In this document: in pieces, positions 27,970 through 39,900 of the stretch
How positions within the stretch are numbered: the stretch's first letter is position 1
How the letters are laid out: each line of letters begins with the position of its first letter
Source of the DNA: Azolla caroliniana
Taxonomy: Eukaryota > Plantae > Polypodiophyta
Length of the DNA: 64,000 nucleotides
Assembly (NCBI GenBank): GCA_043228905.1
Contig: JBHGNT010000001.1
Coordinates: 4,464,001 to 4,528,000 of the forward strand
Direction: 5' to 3'
Program-made: the position numbers and the translations under genes
The notes under the pieces: generated by a model
Told to the model about the DNA's origin: nothing
The model's input: only the letters and a program-made list of their open reading frames with translations
The model's database searches: none

Positions 27970-28719
27970 ATGAAGCTCCGATTGAAGCTCTCCTCAAACC
28001 CTACCTCCCCGACCCGATCCCATCCTTCGGATTCCGAATCGTCCCCCTCCTCGAGAGAGCAATCCCCCATCTCCAAGAAGCTTCCCAACCCTACATCTCG
28101 ATGCTTCCTCCACTTGCCGTCGTTGTCGCGGAATCGAAGCTCCAAACAAGGATCGGCAAGCACCTCCCCCAACACAACCACCAATTCCTTGGGCTCACCC
28201 CAAATTCCGAAGCCGAGCCCGGGATCTTCTCCTCCTCCTCCTCCTCCTAGGGCCTGGCACGGCCCCATGGCGGCCACATCTAGCCAAGCCTCGATCCAAG
28301 AGTACAAGCAAATCTTCGACCAATTCGATGCGAACCGAGACGGGAAGATCTCGGCTGAGGAGGTGAAGGCCATCCTCCAGTCGCTCGGGGACGAGAACAT
28401 GACTCTCGAGGCGGCCGAGCGCATGGTCGAGGAGGCCGACTCGGACGGAGACGGCTTCATCGATCTCCAGGAGTTCATCGATCTTAACCGTCGGTGGGAT
28501 GCCGAAGTCATGAGCACCGAGGAGCTCACCGATGTCTTCCACATCTTCGACCTCGACCGCAATGGCCACATCACGGCCGACGAGCTCCACACCGTCCTCA
28601 CCAGGCTCGGCGACCATCGCACCACGTTCGAAGATTGCCGGAGAATGATCACTCGCGTCGACCATAAGGGCCTTGGCCATGTTGATTTCGATGACTTTAA
28701 GCTAATGATGAGGTTCTAG
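27970..28719 (+). CDS. CML: Calmodulin-like EF-hand protein, single exon, ~249 aa with Ser/Pro-rich N-terminal extension
   Basis: ATG at 27970 (MKLRLKLSSN...). EF loops DANRDGKISAEE, DSDGDGFIDLQE, DLDRNGHITADE and a degenerate DHKGLGHVDFDD. GC3-rich codons, TAG at 28717-28719, CT-rich leader upstream. Confidence 0.93.
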   Translation: MKLRLKLSSNPTSPTRSHPSDSESSPSSREQSPISKKLPNPTSRCFLHLPSLSRNRSSKQGSASTSPNTTTNSLGSPQIPKPSPGSSPPPPPPRAWHGPMAATSSQASIQEYKQIFDQFDANRDGKISAEEVKAILQSLGDENMTLEAAERMVEEADSDGDGFIDLQEFIDLNRRWDAEVMSTEELTDVFHIFDLDRNGHITADELHTVLTRLGDHRTTFEDCRRMITRVDHKGLGHVDFDDFKLMMRF

Positions 28720-30253
28720 ACACTAAAGTGTGTCCCCATTTTAACATGTTACCAACCCCCAAGGAGACTCAACCAAATTCTTTGTTGACCCACACATGAC
28801 ACCCTAACCGTACCGACGACGCGAAACTCGTATCACTATATTATCGTACATGTATATTCCATCAATCATTTGTAACATGACTTGACTTGAGGCTGGTAGA
28901 ATTCCTTGGTAATGCTTATAAATTTATAGACCCGTCCCAAATGACTTAGGCTTAGGAATGCTTCAAATGAGTATAAAATATATATACATCATGGATGGAT
29001 TCCTTCCCCCACTACGACGATGACTATTGTTTTCGCCAAATAGATGGATGGGCACAGCTTGTAGCTACAATTCTATTTTGTAAGTAATCTAAATTTGTGT
29101 TTCACCTTTGATGCTAGGTTTGAATGCCTTGCTTTGGAGGACCTTTGGTCCTATTCTATAGCTGTGTCTCAATGCCAAAAGGGTGGATGACACTAGTACA
29201 GCCCCTAATAAACAGAATCCCTTATTTTCATTCAATATCATTGTCAAATGACAAATTTTATGTTTCCCATGCATTCACACAGCTTCAAAAGTCTAGTTTC
29301 TCATGCATTCACACCTTTGAAAGTGACAAATCAATGAAGTTTTGTAGTTTCTCATGACAATCTTCACACTATGTAGGGCCTAGGCCTCCTGGTCTTTCCA
29401 AATATTATTATAAAATCCTTTAAATACCCTTTATCATAGTTATGCTCAAGTCTCAATCTACATAAGATTTCTAATTGATATATTAGATTGTCGAATTAAA
29501 ACTATATAATATGTACATCTAGGATCATTACATTTACACATACATAATATGTACATCTAGGATCATTACAATTTCCATGTGATGTACGGTGCTTTTCATT
29601 GTGAATGCATTGTCTCGTGAGAATCGAGGGAATCCAAATAATTGATGCATCACTTTCTAATAACAAGCTTTTTAAAGTCCTCCAAAACAATCAAGTTAAT
29701 AATATGGTACATATACGGCCAATGTGCTCCTATAATAAGATGATATACACGTAATTTCAATTGCAAAAGCAACGTCTAATTATAGCCTAGCTCCTTCTTA
29801 GCTGATGACATGGTTCAAGGATCCATCGATAAAATATTTCCAAAAGCTAACCAACAAAGGAGGATGTATAGGTACACTCAAGTGCGACTGGAATTTGCAA
29901 AGTTGAATACAAAGAACTATTTCATGATTAATGGTTTCAAACAAACTAAATGACTTGATAAATCTTTGTAAGTTCATGAAAAGGGAATTGTAAATCTTGG
30001 ATAAACCCCTCTGGCCCCAATATAGCTCTACCTTAACCCAAACCAAAGGGAAATGTGTCGTACCCAAGTCGTGTGTCACCCTAAATATTTGAGTCTAGTG
30101 GAACCAACTAACCAAAATCTAAAAGTTCCATGGGAGTCCACACAATCACTAAATACTATAAATTAGCTTTTTATTAATCAAAGTACTCATGAGGACTAAT
30201 GGATGTTGTTGACATATTTGGCCTAGCACAAAGTTCCTTCATAATATAAGATA

Positions 30254-30566
30254 GGGAAAAGTACCAGGATACCCCTTGAAGTTCATCTATTTACCAGAAT
30301 GCCCTTGGAAGTTCCAAATTTACCAAACTACCCCTATGTCCAAAAAATTACACTTTATAAAGTAATTATACACTCAAATCGTTGGTAAATAGGGCTAGTT
30401 CGGGTCCATTTCTTCCATCTTTGGTAAATGGGGCTTGTAGATTTGAGTGTCTAATTACTCTATAAAGTGTAATTTTTTGGACATAGGGGTAGTTTGGTAA
30501 ATTTGGAACTTCAAGGGGCATTCTGGTAAATAGACGAATTTCCAAGGGTATCCTGGTACTTTTCCC
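30254..30566. mobile_element. Mutator-like MITE (313 bp) with 127-bp TIRs and 9-bp TSD
   Basis: 30254-30380 (GGGAAAAGTACCAGGATACCC...CACTCAAATC) is the reverse complement of 30440-30566, with about 8 mismatches by manual count. TATAAGATA is duplicated at 30245-30253 and 30567-30575. G-starting long TIRs with a 9-bp TSD are Mutator hallmarks. Confidence 0.92.
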
Positions 30567-31304
30567 TATAAGATATCCTCTAACCTATACATGCATAAAT
30601 ATTTGATTAGATGGATACAACGTGATTGCCACTCTTGAAGTAGTCTTGCCCCAAGCGAAAATTTGCTTATACAATCACAAGGCATGTGTGGATTGTATTA
30701 GATTGCAAAATAGTAATAATGCACATCAACTATCCAAATTGCTTTAAGCTCAATGGTAGAAAAAGTAGTTCAGCTAAGACATTCACGTGAAAGGAAAATG
30801 TAATTTTGAAATATTTTTTATTTAAATATGAATATTCAGTTGATCCCACTAGGTCTTTTCCACTCCGTAGTTAGTGCGCTCAAGTATAAAACCAAGGATA
30901 AGCTTCATTGGAATATTGTTGGATGAAAATGACAAACCCATTTGGATAAGAGGGAATTTTCAAATAAGCAATGAAAGAGGTTATCCGATTGATAGTTGTT
31001 TTATTCAAATAAAGATAGATAGATGCTTTTTGTTAAGAAGATAAAAAGAAGTTATAATGACAAAGAGGTCATTTGGAGGGTATTAGAAAATCTGAGTCTG
31101 GATTACATCTTTCATTGTTTTGGAACACACTAAAAACAACTTATACATATTGTCATGTTCACAAGATTTTGCATATAAGCTTTATATTTGCTTTCATTTA
31201 TGCCATGAGGTATGGAAATTCATTTTAGACATATGGATAACCAACTATGGTGGTGTTGATTATCATAACGATGGCTACAATATTTATTTATAGATGTTGT
31301 GGAT

Positions 31305-34300
31305 TCATAACTCCTCTTCATGTTCAAGAGGCATGGTTTTAACCTGAAACGAAAATGGCAAATAATTTTACCAAAGAGAGTTAGTCATCTAAGAAAATAA
31401 TTTGTTTTTTTTCATTTGTACTAAAAAACATCAGATTTCTGCATCCGAGCAGCCATTACAAAATCATTTCAAGATCAACAAGAGAGATTTCAAAAAACCT
31501 CCATTATCATTTCATTACTACTTTTTTTTTTTGGATAATGTTACTTTATTGATATTAGCGTAAAGAAGATTCCATTAGAAAGAAATAAAGAAAACAAACA
31601 TGAAGAGCCATAAAAGAGTTGCAAAATGCCCTTTACCAAATCTTTATACTTCAATATGTAAAACATCTCGATGTATCGTCTGCTCTCTCGCCTTCCGAGC
31701 TTCGACACATACTTCCAAAATCCATAAACCCTAGATAACGTCATCAACCTTTTTGCATAGATCTGCCATGTATATCTGTGTTTTGATAATGTTAGTTAAT
31801 TCAGTTTACTGGTGGGAAATCTTAATGTGAGGTAAAAACACACCAAATGTAGGCAGAAACTAACCAAAACAGGATATTCAACAAGAATTCAAGAAAACGG
31901 CATTTATATGCTCTTTGATATCATATGAAACATATGAAAGCATGCAAAGAATGTCTGAATGCACATAAATTAGAAGTTCTAAACTTACGAGAAGGGTAAC
32001 CTATAAAAGTCCATGAGGTTGAACAAATTAGAAGAAGTTAAAACAAAAATAAATTGCAAAGAGCTTGATAAACTAACTTTTCATAGATTCGCTTTAGCCC
32101 TGCATTGGAGACTTGGACCCATCGGTCCGGATCCGCTTTGCATTGCTCAAAGAAGCTGATGAGCTTTTCAGTAGTTTCATCCCCTGTGTATGGATCTATG
32201 TGGAAACCCGACACACCGTCAACTATGATCTCTGCGGGTCCACCATTACATGTTGCAAAGGTAGGCAGCCCACAAGTCATAGCTTCAACTACAGTAAGAC
32301 CAAATGCTTCGTACAAGGCCGGCTGCAAAGTATAATAATTCTTTCAGGAAAATCTACTTATGCCAGTTTTCATGTGCAGCATACATTCAATAAATGAATG
32401 TACTATCATGTCCACATAATGATATATATTAATGTCCACTATCATGTTAAAAGCATAGATCTATCCCCTGTTGTGTAAGATGCTCTGTAAGATCATAGAG
32501 ACGAAATCTGTCCACAAGCTAACAGCCCTAGCTCTGCCTCATTGATTTGATTACTGTATGATTGCATGCATGTGCATAACAACTAACCTGAACAAATGCA
32601 CCTTTTGTGTCAGCAATGTATCGATAAAGCTCCCCATTTCTGACCCTGTTCTTTTGTGCACGTATCCATCGGAATTGACCACTAAGCTTGTAATCCACAA
32701 TGAGCTTATGCATTGTCTCGATCTCGGCGATCTCTTCCCTATCTTGAGATTTCTCCACACTGAAATCCCCTGCTACTACAACAAGGTTAACAAGCTCTCT
32801 TAGCTTTGGACTTTTTGCAAACCACTCGACCAGGCCAGTGATGTTTTTGACTCGATCCAAGCGTGCCATAGAGAAGATGATTGGCTTCTTTTTGTCTTCC
32901 AAATACCCTCTGCATAAAATAGAATTCAGGCCCAGTGGGGGTTAAACATATGCATAATAAATATTTAATTCAAGTGCCATGGTTTCAAATATTCATTCAT
33001 TAAAACCAGTTTCTTAGCCCTTACGTGTGGTCTTCTGTGTCGTTGGGGTTGAAAAGTAGCTCCTCGATAGACCCATGAAGGGAGGTCAAACGCTTGGAGG
33101 CATCAGTGTATGGGAAGTAAATGCTCATATCTGCTCCAGGTGATACAATGTTGAACTTGGGATCAAAAACATCAATGCCATTAACAACTCGGTAGAGTCC
33201 TGGCATAGTGAAGGCAGCATGGCTTTCATACTGACCAACAGTTTGTAGACTGCAAAAAAAAAAAGCACAGGTAAAAAATGAATAATAAAAGAAGAAACGC
33301 CAACATGGTAAAGAGGAATAAAAGAACTTGTATTGAAACAAACCTGCCAGCTATCTCCTGGTAGGTACTAGTAACAATGAAATCGGCATGGTTCATCGCA
33401 ATAAGATCTGCGGTGAATTGACATGAGAAATGGTATTTCTCCTCAAATTGTTTCCAATATATATCTGAACATGGATACTTCGTCTTCTCCAGGGCATGTG
33501 CTATGTTGCACTGATAACAAGGCCAAAATGAGAACAATTCTGACGAAGGAGATGCTTGCAATTAGATTAGAGGAATAAAAACAATGAGTGTATACCTGGG
33601 TTATTCCAAGCTTGTGAGAAATCAAAGATGCTACAAGATTTCCATCGCTGTAGTTACCTATGATTAGATCAGGTGGGCCTTGTAATTCTGCACAAATCTC
33701 ATTTCCGACATCCTACCATCATGGGATTACCATTTAGAACAGCAAGATAACATCAAAAGTATTCTAACAAACGTCCAAGTTATACTATGACTACCACGAG
33801 ATCATACCTCTGCAAAAACCTCCAGGTAAGGCCATACATCAAATCGGGAGATCCATTGTTGGAGAATTCCCTTTTCTGTTTTGAATGGAACTCTCAGAAT
33901 TTTCGAGTGGAGTGTTCCACCTATCTTTTCAATACGCTGATTGCATGTTGTCCCTTTTGAATCTGGTATCAATCGAGTAACCTTCCATTGGACAAATATA
34001 AATCAGTTAGTCGTGATAAAAAACTACGAAACAAAGTTACAAAAACCAAAGCAGTCTGTACATGAATGAACCCATACATAACCTCCATCTCAACTCCTGT
34101 TTAAGGTTATGTGTATGCACATACCCAAACCATAGATTGATTGAGGTCTGCAAATATAGTGATGAGAACCTACCACGATGATTTGAGGAATGATTTGTAG
34201 CCCTTGATTGTTGATGTTCTCAATCATTTCCTTTTCTAAAGCCCTGACTTGATCAAGAATGTAGACAATCTGCACATAATTAATGTCCCCAGGTTTAAGC

Positions 34301-36461
34301 CCCTGAATCTGGTGTCCATCAAAGCAGCGCGGCAATGGCAGAGTAGTTTGAAAAGATTGTTATATAACGGAAAGTTCATACCTGACCACCTGTATCAGGC
34401 AATCCTAGAACATTGGCCTGGCCGAAATACCCATGTGGTGACATAATAACAATACTGAAAACCATTGGTATTCTTCCCAGAAACTTCTCTAAAGTGTCTG
34501 GGTCAGGGGCTTGTAAGATATCCAAAAGAAGATGTATCATTTCCAAGCTAAGCTCTGCATTATTACCCCATCCTTTCTCTAGACCTATTTCTTGGAGTCT
34601 GCATGAATATACTAGAAATGTTAGCAAACGGATTCACAAGAGGTGCGAAATAAGATATAAAATAAGATGAATATACTAACCTGATGGCAAATTCCTCATA
34701 TGGAGTAGTGGATGGAAGTTTATGCAAATACTCTTCCGCTTTTAAAAGAGCACTGCGAAGCTTCTGAATATTTGGGATTCTATCGTTGAGCATAAGGGTC
34801 TGCCAGAAATATATACCGTCAGTTCAGAAGACATTATTAGGGATTTCCACCAAAATATTAACTTCGGGTTCTGCCATGACCCCTATTAAGAGCTTATCTA
34901 AATCTTTCAAAACTTACCTGACCCTGATACTTGTGCACCCTGAGAAAATCGAAGAGAGGCTGCATGCTGTCGGCATCTTGGAAAAGCTTTGACGACAAAT
35001 GCCGATTAAGGAACTGAACTCCATTCCCAATAGAGGATGGCATGGAAAGGCGTGGAAAAGATGCATTGAATGGTTCAAAATCAAGCTCCAGAACAAAGGG
35101 GTCTGCCTTGCTCCTGTCATGTATGCACTTAATTAGGAAGGAAAAAAACTGAACCATAAACCCACACAATAACAATTTCCCCATATACAGTTCTGCATGC
35201 TTCCCATATATTGTTCAACATTAGCAGCTTTAGCATGCGAGGAGGAGCATACCCAGCTAAATCCCTGATGTTTCCCATCCCTTTCGGATGTAAGCAAGAA
35301 GCCTATTTTCCCCCTTATGTTTACATTGATCAGCATTCTGAGCTTTTGCATAAGAGGCGAAGCATAAGAGGTGGAAGAGGGTTTTTACCCATGGCCATCA
35401 TGTTTTCTATTAGGGTAAATATCCCAGTTTCTATCATGTTCCCTATGTTAGAAAGACCCCACTTTTATTTCATGTTTGCCTGTGCCTTACGTCGTTTAAC
35501 ATTATCATTTTCTGTAGGAGACTCATTGGATGATGCCTGGCTATGCTCCACCTCGCATAACAGAAAGCCCATAATGTTGGTCCAATTCCAGAGATATATG
35601 GCTCACAATAAAACCCCCACCTAAAAACCTCTTCTTCTGAGCTTATTGCACCATCATCCTACTGTGTTTAGCTTAATCTTACTTGATAGCATCCTCGAGA
35701 GCAAGACGTTCCTTGAGTTCAAGATATTCGGCTGTCGAGAGATGCTCGATCAAGAGCTCATCCACATTGATCCGGACATATTCCCACAGGCCAGGCTTCG
35801 GCCGAACCGCAAAAGCGACCCAAGGGTTCACCACAATGGCTTCCTGATATTAACAAACAAAACGTTTGTGCAAAGATCAACACAAGATTAATACAAGAAA
35901 AAATTGAGTAACTTAATATAAGATTGTGTATAATTTCTAGGGAGAAACTCTCAATCCCTCTGCACTTTAAAGATATCTACCAGCATACCCCTAGGTTTTT
36001 GAAAAACAAAACTACTGCTGAGGGGTATTCTGGTGGATACCCAACCAAGTGGTGCTATAAAGAGGAGGAAATAAATCTTTGAATTACTTGAGTCCCTTGC
36101 AGTATGAGCTCAAATCCACTGTGTTGCAATGATTCCTTCTCCTCCACCAAATGATCAAATTCCGCTTTCAAATCATGTGGTTGAAGGATCTTCTTTCCAA
36201 GCCCAACAAATCTGCATCATCCAGTTCAAGAGAGGCAACCCATCTTTGATATTAGTAATATTGCAGCTGAAAGAAGACATTAATTGATCAAAGGGAAAAG
36301 CACAGTAGTATGATACAGCAGGGTGTCTCTGACGGTTATGTTAGTTAGTTTATGTACCGGGAGAGCAAGGAAAGAATGGAGTTGCGATGGCATTGGAGGG
36401 TTTCCTTGAGGCTATCCCCGACGCTCGAAGTAGTTCTGGTGAGCATTGCATTGGAGGCCAT
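31305..36461 (-). CDS. SUS: Sucrose synthase (GT4 family), 15 coding exons
   Basis: Motifs [13 protein letters not shown].., [126 protein letters not shown]. Approximate exons: 36461-36358, 36211-36088, 35843-35683, 35113-34918, 34799-34681, 34598-34382, 34269-34174, 33981-33808, 33711-33596, 33510-33344, 33247-33025, 32907-32589, 32322-32078, 31775-31637, 31343-31305 ([12 protein letters not shown]). Confidence 0.97.
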
Positions 36462-36704
36462 GGCGAAGAGAAAGTAAGGACACAAAACAAAGAAACAATG
36501 GAAAACTCCAAAAAATCGAAGAAGAGCGGAAACAGACACAGAGAAAGAGAGTGAGAGAGAGAGAGAGGGTTTTACAGTGCTTTTGAGGAGAAGCTCAAAA
36601 ACATGAAGAAAATGAAGCAGAAAAAGAAGAAGAAGAAGAAGTGATGATGATGATGATGATGATGATGATTACGAACACGGCTTGTCTTCTCACAGGCCTC
36701 TGCC

Positions 36705-36963
36705 CCAATCACCTCTCGCCACGTAAGCGCCCCGATGCCAGCTCGGCCGAGGTACGACTTTATTTTGAAGGCGACACGTGTCCAGCCAACGGTAGCGTGC
36801 CACGTCACACGTCGCCGGAGGCGTTATGCCCGAAATGGGGGCTTGAGCATGTCAACCAATCACCACATGCCACGTCCGCAGCAAGCCAAAAATAAATAAA
36901 AGTAAAAAATGCCCATAAATAAATAAACCAAAAAAATGTGTCGACCAATCAGGATATGCCACG
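36705..36963. promoter_or_regulatory. Array of four CCAAT-N9-CCACG (ERSE-I-like) composite elements with ABRE/G-box cores, in the SUS promoter
   Basis: CCAAT-cacctctcg-CCACG at 36705-36723; CCAAC-ggtagcgtg-CCACG at 36786-36804; CCAAT-caccacatg-CCACG at 36856-36874; CCAAT-caggatatg-CCACG at 36945-36963. Also a palindromic GACACGTGTC at about 36773-36782. Confidence 0.8.
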
Positions 36964-38385
36964 TGCAAGCCATTTCTCAAAGACTCTTTTGGAGTGTTTT
37001 TTGTTTTTTGTTTTTCAGGGAGGTCATACTTTGCAATGTGCATACTACTACATATTCTCTTCAGCTCCATAAGAAGAAGAAGAAGAAGAAGAAGACGCGC
37101 TAATAACCAACGATCTCATGGTACATGTTCGGTCTTCGGGCGCCAAAATCCAGTTGAAATCGGAAACATAAGATATTCTCGGCCTCTTTCTTCCGGGTCT
37201 TCCATTTTCTTTCCTTCCAAGCATTCCCAACTAATCACGTAACTAAACTCCCCCGTGATTCTCGCCATATGTGTTTGTGTGTGTGTGTCGGTTAATTCTT
37301 GTTGTAAACGAAGAACAAGGACAAGAATCAGCCCCTCCCACATGCGCGCACACTTCTCTCTTTTGGGAATTTGCCTCTCCCTTTTGAGTTCTGACAATGG
37401 CTACCAAAAGACATAGTCTTTGTGGGCCAAACCTCATAGAATGTCGAGGAGCGTGTGCATTGTCCAATGTTGTGATCTCTCCTAGTGTCGTGCTTTGTGA
37501 AAGAATGTCTATTTTATTTGGTTTTCCAAACTATAGATGATTTGATTAAGATAGCTTTTGACCTTTTGGCATAACATTTTGGACGGTTGAGTGCCTTGCC
37601 TTGAAAGTTTGGAACTGAAACTTTGAAACGAAAACTAAACCATTTTTATGTTGTCAATATTGTACATAAAAACTTTTTCTAAATACAAATCCCCACGCAG
37701 TTATTCACTTTGATTTAATGCCAATAGGACCTCACAAACCCCTTTTATTTAAGAAAAGCTAGTGGGTGCTTGTGTGTGTGTCTCTCAGTATGAGCATGTG
37801 GCAAGTCAAGTCTACAAACCTAAAAAGGATCATGCACTTTATCGAATTCAAGTAGCGCCCATTGTACACGTTGTACGAATTTCACACATATGTTGATAAT
37901 GATTCGATTATACATACATTTTTCGTGTTTCCAATATGTATGTACTCGACCCCAGGTTTTTCCTTGATGCCCCATAAGCATGGTTTTACTGTATTGGTAT
38001 ACATTGTGCAACAAAACCCCTAGAATTCTAAAAAGTTGTAAATACATCATGAAAAAGAGATTTTGTTGTACGTTAACTCTCTTTTATAGACCTATTCTTT
38101 TTTATTGGTTGTCTCAAGCATATTTCTTTCGGTGAAGTTGACTAAGATAAACCTCCACTTCAACAAAAGGCTTCCATTATATTCAATATTTCATTTCTTA
38201 TCATCTTGATCGAACACATCCTTACATCAATTTCAACATTGAATAATGAGATGTCTTCATTTCATGACACGACATTGTAACTTGTTGTTATCGAATGACC
38301 ATTTGTCAGCATTCTTGAAACACCCCACTACTTGCATACTCCCATGAGTTTATTGGTGTACACTTAAAAAAGCTTTGCGTATTCT

Positions 38386-38760
38386 AGTTTGAGAAGTTAT
38401 TGCCAAATCTATATTTCAATAGGACGCCTAGCTCTAAACAATATTACAAAGTTTATATTTCAAAGGAATCCTATATTTATTGGCTAGCCAATTTTGAAAA
38501 AATATTTTATAAATTCTAAAATTTTTCACAAGCCTAGTTTGAAACAATATTATAAACTTTATATTTCAAAGGAACCCTGTATTTTTTCGCTATCCCAAAT
38601 TTGAGAAGTTATAGTAAATTCTATATTTCATATGTAAATTCTAAAGTTTTGCACAAGCCTAGTTTGAAACAATACATATTATAAAGTTTATATATCAAAG
38701 GAAGCCTATATTTTTTTGGGCTAGCCAAATTTGAAAAGTTATTGAAAATTCTATATTTCA
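38386..38760. repeat. Degenerate tandem array, about 3 copies of a ~105-125-bp AT-rich unit
   Basis: GCCTAG.T.AAACAATA..TTATATTTCAAAGGAA.CCT.TATTT..GCTA.CCAA.TTTGA recurs at about 38426, 38532 and 38657. Confidence 0.85.
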
Positions 38761-38999
38761 TTAATTTGTATAACTATTCATACTTTTTTTGTGCTAAATG
38801 ATAACGGAGGTTCATAAATAATAATTTTCATTAGGCCTAAATGATAACCTGAGGTTTCTTCTTTGTCTTTGTAAATTTAAATTCCATGGCTAACAATGAA
38901 GTTTGGATCCCTCTATCAATCCACACTACCTACACTAACTTCTAACGAAGTTTGGATTTGTGTGGGTCCACATACTAAGAACTCACTCCTAGCATACAA

Positions 39000-39900
39000 A
39001 TTGATTCAATGTTGAACATGATGACCTCGCACCTTACATACTTGTAGTTATTTGTGTGATAGAATCCTTAACAAACCCTTTTAACCTTGGAATGTATTTC
39101 TTGACCCCAACTTGTGAATCAAAAGCAAGGGCATTTCTCATACTACAATTGTTGCATGGCCCCCAATATGTTAATTCCTCCAAAATAACTTGGAAGTGGG
39201 GCACCACATATGCAAAACCCAAACGAATGGGGATTTCACTAATCTAATTGGAGACGTTCACATTGAATTAGTTACCTTCCAATCCCATTCATCTTGTTTT
39301 TGGACAAGAAACAAAACAATGTCTACTATTTTCCTCGTTGATTGTGCAAAAAAAAAACACATTCCATTAGCATTTCTTCTTATGCTTAAGGCGGCTCCAC
39401 AAGGTAATCATAAATCCTCAAAATGAATACCTTAGGTGTCAACATTGGTGGAGATTGCCTACCCACGTAATCACATGATGCCACCAAGAGATAATGTTTG
39501 GAATCCCTACAACTTTGTTACTCTTTCCTCCATCTACATATGCCTCCCAATTATCTCATAATGAATACCATTTGTTGATATTTTGGCAAGAGTCCTCTTC
39601 TCAACAAATGTCCATGCAAGGTCTTGTGCTCCATTTAAATGTATTATTGGACCCTGTGATATCCGGAAACCTTGCAACTATTCCAAATAAACCTACACCC
39701 TCTCAGAATACCAAATGTGAACCTTGTTGTCCTAAACAACTTTCAATCATTTTTCTACGACCAAGCATGAACTTTTGTGTTGTAATCAACCTAAAGGAGC
39801 CATTTGGATTAATTTTGTTTTCCTTTTGATTACATGGTTGAGTAACAATACTTAATTTATATGGTCACACAATAGTTTGATCAACATGTCCAAAAACTTT
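39000..39900 (-). mobile_element. Highly degraded LINE remnant (zf-RVT region); boundaries uncertain
   Basis: Minus-strand translation near 39350-39300 gives FCTINEENSRHCFVSCPK, preceded by TPKVFI.., which resembles the C..E..H...C zf-RVT motif. There are many stops. Confidence 0.45.

Noticed and set aside
27930-28680. Long antisense ORFs (240 aa and 161 aa) over the CML
   Set aside because: These are shadow frames of a GC3-rich coding strand with no recognisable domain.
35114-35682. Longer SUS intron as a possible snoRNA host
   Set aside because: I found no convincing C/D or H/ACA box pair on the sense strand.
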